DNA from: Flectonema sp. DT1601
Lineage: Eukaryota
Assembly (NCBI GenBank): GCA_964019425.1
Contig: OZ025788.1
Location: forward strand, 124,001 to 188,000
Reading direction: 5' to 3'
DNA: 64,000 nt
The notes beneath the pieces were generated by a model that was not told the DNA's origin, made no database searches, and worked only from the letters and a program-made list of their open reading frames with translations. This document shows positions 41,075 through 53,113 of the stretch, one piece after another. Each line of letters starts with the position of its first letter. The first letter of the stretch is position 1. The translations under genes were made by a program, and so were the position numbers.

Positions 41075-41749
41075 TGTTAAATTTGCAACCTAATCCAACG
41101 TTACTGTGCGTCATGAGCACCAACTAACTCACAGCAACAGAAGATTTTGTGTGCGTGTAGGCTAATTTTATTCTCATCAAAAAAAAAAAAAAAAAAAAAA
41201 AGTTGCTATTTCCTTAAACTATACAAAAAAAACCTCACAATACAACACTATTTGTGTACGAAACCCATGAAACGATTTTAACAAGGAAAGCTGAACTGAA
41301 TGAGGTTTTACGTGTGCTGTCTTCACATTCTTCAATGCAAAAAGAAAATTACAATTAAGGTGGAGGTTTATTATGGGGGTTTTAAAAAGAACGTAGACAG
41401 AAACAAAAAATAATGTTAACTCTTCATTTTTCTCTCAATTTTGTTAGCAATGGTGTAGAAGCAAGAGTAAGAGGGGAAATACAGCGAACCATGGTGGTGG
41501 TTCACTCAGCCTTTTGAGGTAATCCATATACCTCTTTACCTCTCATCATCAGTTGATGGTGTAGAAGTAAGCAGTCTTGATATTGGGGAGTATCGTATCA
41601 AATATTTAGGTAACTCACGATACGTAAATCGAAAGGATGTTTTTGATTTTTTGTAAAAAATACCAACAGGTAGGGTCGCATGCGCTATTTCAGAATAACA
41701 CAATGAATGCGTACTTGAGTGCGAGTCATTCAGGATATGACTAGTTTAT

Positions 41750-42664
41750 TTAATCTTCTTCACATCGCAATAGAAACTTCTTAAGCGCTGGATGGCTTAG
41801 TTCCGGAGCATCCACAACACTCGCACAATGTGCAACATCAGTCACGCAAACAGAAACCTTTGACGTCTTTCCAATACAAGTGTGAAAATACTTTATCTGA
41901 TCTGGAAGAGAGTACGTGTCCAATTCTGAGTACAGTAACAGGACACGGTAATCTTCAATTCCAGAAGTGAGGTTGTTGAAGACCGATTCGCGGCTCTTCT
42001 TCAGGGCAGTACGACAAAATACTGCATATAAAATCAACGATAAAAGATAAAAAGGTGTCCAAAACAAATCAATCAACGGTGATAATGTTTTATGATTCTT
42101 AGCTGCGGTCATAATCAAAGCGTCTTCCGTTAATTTCGGGACATCAATAAAACTTCCATCTCCCGGAGAGAGATTTGGTCCAGAATCGAAGATTACTCCT
42201 CGACAAAACGCGAATAACCCTCTTCCCTTTTGAGCATCTGTTTCGATAACTTGCCCTAAAGTATGTGCTCCAAGAGTCGACATCGCATGAACCACGAATC
42301 CTCTATTTGGCATTACGTATGTTCTGATATACTGATAGAAGAGTTCATATTGCTTTGCTGCATTGCTAAGTTGGTACATTTGCCACATATTTACAGGAAT
42401 TCGTAGTACAGAACATCCTTGGTCTTGCCAAAAATAAACAGCCGGACTCAGTTGGGTTGGCGTCGCTCCAGCCCATCCGATTAGAACTATTAAAGGTCTT
42501 CCTCCTCTACTCTCATGAAGCTGTGGCTTAGTCTGTTCCCATCCATCGGGTGATGTTCTCAAATCAGGAAATCTTGGAGGTGCTGATCTATGAACTGCTG
42601 GTCTCTTCTTTCCATCAACTACAACACTTCCTCCCGCAAGGGGTTTGTACTCGTCGCTTGACAT
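41750..42664 (-). CDS. TMEM53/DUF829-family protein
   Basis: PLIVLIGWAGA, VVHAMSTLG, GVIFDSGP, LLLYSELD, AHCAS. Confidence 0.85.
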   Translation of the reverse strand: MSSDEYKPLAGGSVVVDGKKRPAVHRSAPPRFPDLRTSPDGWEQTKPQLHESRGGRPLIVLIGWAGATPTQLSPAVYFWQDQGCSVLRIPVNMWQMYQLSNAAKQYELFYQYIRTYVMPNRGFVVHAMSTLGAHTLGQVIETDAQKGRGLFAFCRGVIFDSGPNLSPGDGSFIDVPKLTEDALIMTAAKNHKTLSPLIDLFWTPFYLLSLILYAVFCRTALKKSRESVFNNLTSGIEDYRVLLLYSELDTYSLPDQIKYFHTCIGKTSKVSVCVTDVAHCASVVDAPELSHPALKKFLLRCEED

Positions 42665-43197
42665 TATTCTTGGTTATTGTCCTTGTTGAAGGAATTAACA
42701 TAAATTTAAAACTATAACTCGGGTAACATCTCCCATACGTAATCTGTGTGAAGATTTAGTTTTATAACAGAGATGGTATCGTACTTTTATTTTTTTTTGT
42801 TATCAATCTGAGAAATCATGTTAAGCTCGTACATAAGGAGATAGGCAAGAGAGTGCAGAAAAAGAAAAAGAATCGACTTAAGAAAGTATACGCGGTGCTC
42901 CTCACAATATTTCTTTATAGCTCATATAAATGTCTTTCAATGTGTTAAAACAAAACAAAAATAAATAAATAAATAAAATCACAAAGGCGCTGAGGGTTAG
43001 GAGTAAGCTGGCCGATGGTTCGTACGTCGAATTCGCCGTCTCGGACTTGGAATGGGAGGAGTTCACGTTTGTGTCATGCACCCAATAATAAAATTATTTA
43101 GATTTCTTGTTGTGTTTGCACAAATCACAAAAGTAGTAAATTTTTTGAATTGTTCATAACAACAAGTAGAAAGGGAGGAGGAAAAGAAATAACGAAA

Positions 43198-43231
43198 TCA
43201 CTTCACTTCACTTCACTTCACTTCACTTCAC
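43198..43231. repeat. (CACTT)n microsatellite just 3' of the endonuclease V stop codon
   Basis: About 6-7 tandem units read directly. Confidence 0.9.
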
Positions 43232-43233
43232 TA

Positions 43234-44340
43234 TCAACTCTGAGGAGGTAGTTTACTAATATAGGCTCTTGAAAGATTATCAGCCAGTCTAGTTGGTAGA
43301 GGGATACGTTGTGTTCTACCAGTAGGTTCTCTATTCCAGATATCAATAACAATATCCATGGCTGTTTGTAAGGAAATCTTATGACCAGGACTTACGTATA
43401 TCGGCTTACCTGGTTTCGTAACGAATGAATGTCCCCAAACTCTACCAGAGTTCCCCCACAATTCAACTGTTGTTCCAACTGGTTTGTCGAGGATTTGCCT
43501 ATCAAGTTGATCATGAGTTAATCCATCAACGAGAAGACAGTTCTTTGCGACTCCCAACGTCGGAACACCAACAACAACTCCAAAATGACACGCTAATCCG
43601 AATCCTCTGTGATGAATGGTACCGTTACCATCCAACATAATTAATTGAGGCTTTAAGTCAGGTCTCTTGCGAGTCATTTCTGACCAACATTGAAGTAGAC
43701 CTGGGATTTCACGGTAGGCTAAGAATCCAGGAATGTATGGATTCCTACAGACACAATGAGTGAACCCTTCATACTCAACTCTCATAGAAGGGTATTCAAG
43801 TACTATTATACTTGAGACTGCGTGGTCAGTTCCTTTTACAAATGAAATATCCATCCCTGCTATCCATTGCAGTGGTTGGGTAGATTTACAGTTCCCGTAG
43901 TTGAAGTTGAATGAGTCAGTGAGGTCAAGTTCATCTCGTAATTGGAGTTGTTCTCTCATCCACTTTTCTTGGAGTTCAGCTTTCGCAAGATGACTTTGTT
44001 TGTGTTTGTGTTGCCAAGCGAGCTCACAGCCTGCTTGCATTTCAGTAGTAATTCCAAGCGATTGTGTTCCTGCCTTTGGAGATAAGTCCTCGTGAGTGAT
44101 GTCGGTGACTTCATTCTCACCTGAACCAAACCCGTCTTCGTAATCCTCAACTAGCTGTTCTGAGGTTTCCTCGTCGTAGTTTCTCGCAGCTGCTTTTATA
44201 TCAGACTCTAATTCCTTTCCTAATGGTTCGTAAAGCCTTGAGCTGACTCGTTTCTCAACCCAAACACCCTTTATCCCCGTGTGTTGTTCTAATCGTTTTC
44301 GAAGCATCACAGTGCGTCGTTGGTCAACAAGCGACGTCAT
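43234..44340 (-). CDS. ENDOV: Endonuclease V (inosine-specific nuclease) with N-terminal extension
   Basis: IAGMDISF, PYIPGFLAYRE, LDGNGTIHHRGFGLACHFG, GVAKN, PIYVSPGH, RIPLPTRLAD. Confidence 0.95.
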   Translation of the reverse strand: MTSLVDQRRTVMLRKRLEQHTGIKGVWVEKRVSSRLYEPLGKELESDIKAAARNYDEETSEQLVEDYEDGFGSGENEVTDITHEDLSPKAGTQSLGITTEMQAGCELAWQHKHKQSHLAKAELQEKWMREQLQLRDELDLTDSFNFNYGNCKSTQPLQWIAGMDISFVKGTDHAVSSIIVLEYPSMRVEYEGFTHCVCRNPYIPGFLAYREIPGLLQCWSEMTRKRPDLKPQLIMLDGNGTIHHRGFGLACHFGVVVGVPTLGVAKNCLLVDGLTHDQLDRQILDKPVGTTVELWGNSGRVWGHSFVTKPGKPIYVSPGHKISLQTAMDIVIDIWNREPTGRTQRIPLPTRLADNLSRAYISKLPPQS

Positions 44341-44742
44341 TATTTTTTTTTTTTTTTTATTTCTTTTTTCTTTGGGAAAAAAAAAGAGGGGAAAAAAGAT
44401 TATTTAACAATCTGTTAAGGATACAGTGAACTATAGTGATGTTCAACTAATCCTTTTACGTATCCTTTCATCATCACATGGTGCAGAAGTTACTTTGAGG
44501 TGGAGAGGGGAAAAGGTTTCAATTGAACTCCTAGCCTTAAAAAACAATAAAAGACTACTCACAAAAACTCATCGTTCACGTGACTTTGAGTGAAATGTGG
44601 AAATAAGAATGGAAAAAAAAAAAAGAAAAATGGAATGTGGCACTACTATTAATTTAAAGACTAAGAGCACAGAACAACATCCTCACACCAGACAAGACGA
44701 AAGTACAACTATAAAGAGGGAGAGAGATTTGTCTTTTTTTTT

Positions 44743-44800
44743 GGGAAAACTTAACAAGTCTACCAAAAAGTTTGGAGTACGGTCACAGCCTTGGGGAGTT
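44743..44800. repeat. Dispersed repeat family 2, copy 2
   Basis: Matches 35752-35820. Confidence 0.7.
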
Positions 44801-45792
44801 TCCACCAAAGCCGTTGGCGACTCAAAGAAAGAAGTGGGGGGGAAAAAAAATGGATTTTAAAAACATATCCCGCAGTCAAAAAAATTGACTTGACTTGAGC
44901 GTTTTCCCTTTTTTTCTTTTTCCAACACACTTCCTACAGTAAAAACAAAAGAAATAACAACGACGACGAGGAACTACACACAATTGTGAGGTGGGGTCAC
45001 CTTACAGACAAAAAAAAAAATTTTTTTTTTTCCAGACGAGTGAAATTTTCACCTCCACAGCAAAGTAGACAGCGATAGCATAAAAATAATATTAAAAAAA
45101 ATAAATAAATCAATAATTAGACACCAACTACTTCTTGCTTTACTAGTTTTTTTTTTTTTTTTTTAAATCTTAAGTACCGCCGAAGAATGTTGGGACTCGA
45201 TGAAAGGACCGCAGCCCATCTCAGATCGAACAGATGTCATTCTTTTTTTTTTTTTTTTTTTCTAAATTCATTGATTCATATCGTCTTACAAAAAAAAAAA
45301 TAATAATAATAAACAAAAAAACATAGGCCAAACTGCATTATAAGGGCTGTTCAGCCAAGTCAGAACCCCGCATGACAATCCGTTGTAGTTGAAAAAAAAA
45401 AAAAAAATGAAAAGCAGCTTCACATTTCTTTTGTAATAGAAACGAAAATTTTACAATCGTTTAGTGAGAGTGGCCGCCTTTTCTTTTTTTTTTTTTTTTT
45501 TTCCCCTTCTTCGGTTGCGGTGTTCCTTCTTCTACAGTAGAACTTCAGTAGCTAACACTCGGTTCAAAAAAAGGAACATAATAAGGAAACGTTCGGGGGA
45601 AAATCAAAAGGTGCAGAGGTTACATAGGCACCTGGAAAAAAAGAACATAGCGGGGAAAAAAAACAACATCTGCCTGGGAGTACCGTTGGAAAGGTTGCGA
45701 GGGGGCAAAGAGCAAAAAAAAAAAAAAAAAAAATCCTTTTTTGTAAAATCTTTGATTATTCTTATAAATCCAGTCGGTACTTGATATGTTTG

Positions 45793-45826
<34 letters not shown>

Positions 45827-46271
45827 ACCAGCAGGAAGTATGCAGACACTATGTCAAAGGGAACTTGATATAATGTACTAAAGTTTCTCACACAGGTTGT
45901 TAGAAAGAAAAGAATCGCACTAATGTTAAAAGAAAAAGAATGAGAAGACTGAAACTAACATTCAAATAAAACTTTAGAAAATCCAAAACAGATCGTACGT
46001 GGTCTCCATTGATTCATTTTTACAGCAGGCCGATCTTGTGCTGAACTTAATATCACTCAGCACAGATTATCGTTGTTCAGAAAATATTGATCCTTTCGGA
46101 TTCAGGTTTGGGCTGTTCCCAGTTCACTTGCTGGGGTAATGAATACACACACGCTGTCAATAACACTTTAATATTTTCCAAAAAAAAAAAAAAAAAAAAA
46201 AAAGGCAAGGATACAAACAAGATCTACTCATCCACGAAAAGGGTTCACAACCACAAACCCAATTATAAGAT

Positions 46272-46784
46272 TCATCCCATAAGAGCGTTGCGGTTGCCAA
46301 AACCGATGCTTCCTGAAACCGTGCCTAAGCAAACCAATTTGATCACTTCTGCAGTACTACATATGATAGGCTCACAGAAGATACCCCACTGAGCTGACCC
46401 AGTTTCAGATACCAAGTTTATGACCATACAGAACATAAGTACGAGAGTTGAGACAATAGTTGAGATTATGCATATCTTATTAATGGTTGTGGCAATAGGA
46501 GGAAGCTTCACTACGTTACAATTCGTAAGGTAATTAAGGCCATTTATAAAGTAAATAATCGTGCTTACAGACATCAATAAAATTGATATAACAGCGAAGG
46601 CTTTCATCGCAGAGCTTGCTTCACCAACGTTTCCATTTCCAGTCCAACCCGTGCATTTAAATATACCACATCCCCAGTATGCCCCTCCCCTGACAGCCTC
46701 GCTATCTGCGGTAATCGCTACCTGAACAGACCAACCAACAAGACAACAGATCAAAGCAATAATGTATGCTATTTTAGTATCCAT
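46272..46784 (-). CDS. Small tetraspan membrane protein (claudin/amastin-like topology)
   Basis: Start MDTKIAY after a poly-A run; hydrophobic helices; first loop YWGCGIFKC resembles the claudin W-GLW-C motif. Confidence 0.6.
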   Translation of the reverse strand: MDTKIAYIIALICCLVGWSVQVAITADSEAVRGGAYWGCGIFKCTGWTGNGNVGEASSAMKAFAVISILLMSVSTIIYFINGLNYLTNCNVVKLPPIATTINKICIISTIVSTLVLMFCMVINLVSETGSAQWGIFCEPIICSTAEVIKLVCLGTVSGSIGFGNRNALMG

Positions 46785-47220
46785 TTTTTTTTTTTTTTTT
46801 TTTTTTTCCTTCTTTTTCCTTGAAAAAAATGAAGTAAAATTAAGGTTGTACATTTTTTAGGCAAGATAAAAAGGATGTATTTTAGCGTCTGTCATCCACT
46901 CGGTTTTTTTTCTGTACCGACGTAGTCATAATAGTTTTTTACCTGAAAAGATGGAAACATGGTTCTTTTTTATTATTATTTTCTTTGATTCAGAAAACTA
47001 TCTGCGCTCTGAAATAAGTGAGATTTTTTGTTTTTGTTTTTGTTTTTTGTTGTTTTTGAAAGAAAAAAAAGTATGTTGAGCTAGTACTTGGTGGTAGCGA
47101 TACCCCCCATCAAAAAAAAAATAAAAATAAAAATCACGTTCTCTTTCGAGATGACAGCGATGTCGTTGATGTTGAAGAGTCAACGTAATGAAACAGTAAA
47201 GTAAACATCAGCAGGAAGAA

Positions 47221-50200
47221 CTACATAAAGTAAGGAAACGTATGATTAGTTCTTGTAGCCTCCTCTCCATACATCGAATTCCATCTCCGAAGCTCCTCAA
47301 CTGAAGCAGCGTCTTCGCTTACGGTGGGTGTTACTAATTTAAGTGAAGCTTCAAAATCAGTTTGAAGAATTGGAGGAAGGATAACCTTCCCATCTTCAAT
47401 GTGTTGAATGTTATTACGTTCTTTAGTTATGAAAGGATCCTCTTCATCAATCAAGTGAGAATCAATTATAGGATTTGCTTCCATAAACCTCTTAATAGGT
47501 CTATGAGCAGCAGTCGTACACAATGATCTCAAATCACTCCCAGAGAATCCTTGTGTTCGGTGAGCTACGTGAGTTAGATCAACAGTTTGATCAAGATTTT
47601 CATTTTTCAACACCACTTTTAATATGTCTTCCCTACACTTCTTATCAGGCAGGTCAATTAGTAGTCTTTTCGGTAATCTTCTTAAGATCGCTTCGTCAAG
47701 ATCTTGCGGTCTATTTGTTGCTCCGATGACAACAATTTGCTCGTGAGATCGCAATCCATCCCAACTTGCCATCAGTTCTGTTTTAATTTTCCTACTCGAT
47801 TCGTGTTCATGTTTACCCCCTCGCTTTCCCAGTATAGAATCAACTTCATCAATAAATATGATACACGGTGATATTTTAGCAGCGAGTGAGAACACGGCCG
47901 CGGCGTATTTCTCTCCCTGACCAACCCACTTACTAGTGATGGAAGCAGCAGTTATGGACAAGAAGGAAGCTTTGACGGTAGTGGCAACGGCTTTAGCTAT
48001 CATGGTTTTACCAGTGCCAGGTGGTCCGAATAGTAGGATCCCCTTACTGGGTGAGGTTAATGGTGATCGAGTGAAGAGACCAGGTCTAAGAAGTGGATGC
48101 AGAACAACTTCTTGAATGGTTTCTTTTATCTTATCTAAACTACCAATGTCTGACCAATTAACGTTAACAGATCCTGATGGAACAACTGATGCCATTAGTC
48201 GTTGTTCGTGATCTGATTCACCATCACTAAGCAGTTGAGATGAATTCATATTACAGTTCCCTTCCAAATTATTTTTTAAATTTTTATTATCATCATCCGA
48301 TATCGATTTACCCAACACACGAAATCCTTCCATCAAATCTGTCTTGTCTATAACCAAATCATGACCTTCCTTCAAAAGATAATTATGCTCTGAAATAATT
48401 GATTTTGTTACGGAGTTTAAATTCACGTGATGAGCAAGTGACCAAGACACGACTGACTGTAATTCAGAAGATTTCAAATGAACCATTCTCAGTATGGGTC
48501 CAAACTCAGTTAAGTCATCCGTTGTATTAGTAATTCCATTTTTGAGTTTATTTCTTATAGTATCTCTGGCAATATTAAGTTCCTTACAAGAGATATAATT
48601 CATATGAAGGACGTAGTGTAATGACATTATATTTTTATGTAGTATTAAAAACTTTTCATCAGTCTCATGACGGTGTTTCCACGAACACAGAATAGATGAG
48701 TTCATCGTTGAAGTTTTCTTCCTATTCGGATAGCTTTCAATCGATATTTTTGTTGAGAACAAAAAATTAATTTTTGAAATTTCCGAAGAGAGAGGAATTG
48801 CAATGCCGATTTCAATGTTTGGATTTGAATCTTTTTTTATAACTTTTTTTCCGATTCTGTCTTGCTTTTTAACAGAGAGTACGGAAAGAATTTTACTAAT
48901 TACTTTTCCTGCTTTTTCCCTTCTTTGTAAATCTGATTCAAAAGTTGATGAGCCCGATGAGGTCGTTGATGTAACAAAGCAAACCCTTCTTTTTTTAAGT
49001 TGAATATTTTTTATTAATTTTTGAAGGTATTGGTAGCAATCAGCGTCGTTTATCAAAGATTCTAAAGTAGTTTTTCGAATGAAAACGACCAACGGCTCAA
49101 ATGCGTCTACCGCATTGGAAAGACTCATCAAAGGAATGATATTATGAGGTGATTGGTTATCAAGTTTTATATTCGTCTTACTGATGAATAGACCTTTTCC
49201 TGGAGGGGAAATTCCACCTAGACTCGAACCGCTCGGAACTATCTCAGGAAATTCAACACCGATAGCTTTGCTGGCATCATTGTGCGGGAAAGTTACTTTC
49301 ACGGTTCCTCTCATTGAAGTGTTGTTTGGAAGTGAACAGATGACTACATCCCCAATACAAAAACATTCTTTCTTAATATTTCCACGAACATCTCTTGGAA
49401 AACCTTCTCCATCACTATCACTCAGTCCTATGAAGCTCGGGATAAACGATGCGTTCTGCAACACTGAAGCATCAAATGTCAAGAACACTGCTCCAAGTTT
49501 CTTCGCTATTCCCTTAACAAGAAATTCTGAATGAAGTTCACAAGGCGATGGCGTTTTTATTAAAATTGTTTTACTCTGACCATCTAGAGAACTAAGACTT
49601 TGATGCTGTGTAATACAAAGTGATATCGTATGAGACAGTTTTTCCTCATCAATCGGTCTCAAATAATAAGGAAATTCACCTTCAGAGAGATCAACGTTGT
49701 TGTTTGAAGGATCGAAGGCAGAATCAATAATCTCTGATGATACTCTTTTTAATATACTTTCTGAAGCTGAATCAAGAACAACTTCCGAAAGCTGTTCCTC
49801 AACAGTGTTGTTGTTATCGTCAGTCTTCATTACTTTCAGAGGAGGAGTTCCAATACCAGACTCGGCTAGTCTTTTCATCGTTGATAATTTATTCAGCAAT
49901 GCTGTCCTACGATCCTTTCCATCATTAATAGAACTTTTAAGAGGTTGAATGGTTGCTGTTGTTGGTGTTGCTGATTGAAGAGGGTTCTTACCACACTTGA
50001 TGCAGAACTTTAATTCTCTGCCACTGTCTGGTCCACATTGAGAACAGGTGGTGTTGATTTGAGAACTTTCAGTTTGTTGTTGTAATTGTTGAGAACAATA
50101 TCCACACTCAGAACAATAGAACTTTCCATGACGAGGAAACTGTGGACTTGAACACCTCAGACAACGTGTTACTACAACAGGTATGTTATTATAATATGAT

Positions 50201-50911
50201 TGTTGTTGATGTTGTTGTTGATAATTCGGTGAAACAAAATGAGGAAAAGGAAGAGGAAGACTCATTGGTGGTTGTTGTGGTTGGTTCCGTGCTACATAAT
50301 CAAATGCTTGTTGCTGCTGTTGTTGTTGTTGTTGTTGTTGCCGAAGAGAATGACCACATTCGGAACAAAAATGTTTACTCGAATCAATTAAATATCGACA
50401 ACCACATCCTGGACACTGTCTCATTCCCTCAGACATATTGTCAGGTGTGGATTTGATCTTTTTTGTTGCGGAATGACCACCAGTTGATTTTTGTTTCTTT
50501 TTAACCGGCGGAGGTGACTGTTTTCGATCTGCTACCAATGCACTGATGACAACACTGTTAAGCATAACAATGAAGTGTTTTGAAACTGACATTCTACACA
50601 ACACTAATTCATCACCGTCATTTACGTATCGAGATTCTCCTCTAGAGATGGGAGTACCGTTGATCAAGATCGATACTTTTTTACTCGTTTTTTGAGGTAC
50701 TTCAAACAAGGCTCTATTTAAACCTCCGACATCTACACTGACGGATAGGATATGAATTTGTTCTTTATCTGTTCGTTGATCAGATAACATGTGAATATGA
50801 TATGGAGACTGAACTATAGAACCAGAACTTAGTGATTCATGAACTAGTCCAGTTGATGACATGGGCACTAACGACATCCATGGTTGGGTTTTTAACTCTA
50901 AGATATCACTT

Positions 50912-50943
<32 letters not shown>

Positions 50944-51183
50944 TGGTACAGAACTACTTTTGGTAGTATCAGGCGGTGTTGGTGTTGGTGTCGGTGTTGG
51001 TGTTGGCGGTGGCAGTGGTGGTGTAATATCATCTTCAACATCATCACTTTGAATTGGATTGTCATTCTCAACTATTTCTGGTTCTTCTTTTTCTGGTTTC
51101 GATTCCTCATCTCGAACTACTTCTCTTTTTGTCAAATCATCAACAGCCGGGTCACTTCTTGGATCAACATCTCCATCAGACAT
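47221..51183 (-). CDS. AAA+ ATPase (ATAD1/Msp1-spastin clade) with FHA-like region, three zinc ribbons and a degenerate first AAA module
   Basis: Walker A GPPGTGKT, Walker B IIFIDE, ATNRPQDLDEAILRRLPKR, ELRRWNSMYGE; three CxxC...CxxC pairs. Confidence 0.93.
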
Positions 51184-52219
51184 TAGTAACCCCTGGTTTC
51201 GTAATAATTAGTTAGTTGTTATGAAATAATTTTATTAAAAAATATAAATCTCTTTTTTTTTTTTTTTTTTTTAGTTCTTCATTATTAGTGTCTGTTTTGT
51301 AGTAATAAATACGTAGGACGTAAAGTAACGGAGAATACTGGTATCAGAACCTGTCCTATCTATCACGCAGGTCTTTCATGGCCATTCCCTTTTTCTTTTT
51401 AAGTGAATGAAATAAAACTGTCTAGAGAGAAGGAAGGGTTAATGAATATATTTCTCGTTATTTTTTTTTTTTTTTTTTTTTTTTTCTTTGTTTTTCCCGA
51501 AAAAAAACAAATGATGAAAAAAAACCTTATCATCCAAATAAAATATTCTAAACAAAAAAAAAAAAAAAAAAAAAAAAAAAAACATGAGCGCCGCATAAAG
51601 TATTCTACTTTATGCATCTTCTCATGCGTATTTTCAGAGAACGGGAAGAAGGGAGGATGGGAAAGAGACAGCTAACCAAAAAGTCTTTCGACTCCGATGT
51701 TAACCTTTTACTTTAAAAAAAAAAAAAAAAAAAAAAAAAACAGATCGGCTTCCGCAAAACCGCAGTAATTCTAAAAGACAAAATATTTAAAAAAAAAAAA
51801 AAATACCATTCATCCAAACAGCCTTATATTTTTTGTTGATCGTTGACAGTAATACTGATTAAATAATGGCTCTTAATCTGAATAGTAGAATGGGGGGAAG
51901 AAAAAAAAACTTGTGCTCGGATACAAAATAATGTTCTAAATGACTTTACAACTTCCTTTCTGTGAATACTAAGATCACATTATGGTTGTAGTGAACCCTA
52001 AACACGGATGGTTATTCTACACTCACGGTACAGTTGCACTTCCCTGCATAGCAGATCCGTGTCATCAACTAGTGACTGATTTCTTAAGTAACTTCTCTGG
52101 GGTTGATAAGCATATATAACTGAGATATGTGAACATCAAAACATGACTTCACCGGAGAGCAGGAAGGGGGGGGGAAATGGGACAACAAAAAAAAAAAAAA
52201 AAAAAAAAAAAAAAGTGAT

Positions 52220-53113
52220 TTAGTTATCTCCTTCGCCACGGGCTTCTTTCTCTTTGCGAACTCGCTCTTTTTGTTCTTCAAAAGCTTTTTTACGATTCGC
52301 TCGGTCAACTGCAACTTGTTCCTTCACCCGAGCAGCTAATTCTTCGTATTGATCAGCAATGTTACTGATTAACCATTCAATTCCAACATCGATATTCTTA
52401 TGAGACTCGTGTTGGTTGTCGATGGCACAAATTGATTTGATAGCAGCTGGTCTCTGAAGGTCATCGATACTAAATTTTTTTGACAACTCGTCAGCTGACA
52501 TAAAAGTCGATTTATCATTTTTGTTGGAGAATAGCAGAAGTGGTTTTCCCGTAGCGCGTTCGTCTGTTTGCATTACCTGGAGGGCCTGAAGTGACTCATC
52601 CAAGTTGTCAGAATCAGAACCGTCGACTACGTATATAATACCGTGAACATCGGCAAAGTATGATGGCCAAATTCCTCTAAATTTTTTTCCACCTCCAAGA
52701 TCATAAAAAACAATATCAAACCTCTCGTTTGCCATTCTCACTGGAGTAAATCCGATTGTCGGGACTGTTTCCGTGTCAATATTACCGCCCATCGCGCTAA
52801 TCAATGTCGTCTTACCCGCATTTGCAATACCAAAGATTCCGATTGTGACTGCAGGTTTTTTCATTCCTTTCCGATCTTCATTTCTTGGGTCATATTTTGG
52901 TTTCGTTTCCTCTTCTTTATCAGCTTTTGCTCTTTCAGCAGTTGATTCCTCTCCGACTTGACTTTTTAGTACTTCAATTAAAAATTTTTTAACATCTGGT
53001 GGTTTCATTTTTAATACAAACCCAGCGAGTTCTTCAAAAATATGATGCATTTTATGCTCTCGTATGTACTCTAAATTCTGTTGGTCTTCCTTGAGAGAGG
53101 CGTCATCAGTCAT
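52220..53113 (-). CDS. ARL13: ARL13-like ciliary GTPase with N-terminal dimerisation/docking (D/D) domain
   Basis: GIANAGKT, PTIGF, DLGGG (Gly in place of the catalytic Gln, an ARL13 signature), NKND, C-terminal coiled coil; N-terminal YIREHKMHHIFEELAGFVLKMKPPDVKKFLIEVL. Confidence 0.9.
   Translation of the reverse strand: MTDDASLKEDQQNLEYIREHKMHHIFEELAGFVLKMKPPDVKKFLIEVLKSQVGEESTAERAKADKEEETKPKYDPRNEDRKGMKKPAVTIGIFGIANAGKTTLISAMGGNIDTETVPTIGFTPVRMANERFDIVFYDLGGGKKFRGIWPSYFADVHGIIYVVDGSDSDNLDESLQALQVMQTDERATGKPLLLFSNKNDKSTFMSADELSKKFSIDDLQRPAAIKSICAIDNQHESHKNIDVGIEWLISNIADQYEELAARVKEQVAVDRANRKKAFEEQKERVRKEKEARGEGDN

Noticed and set aside
45672..45684. GCCTGGGAGTACC resembles 5S/SSU rRNA motifs
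   Set aside because: Only 13 nt with no flanking similarity.
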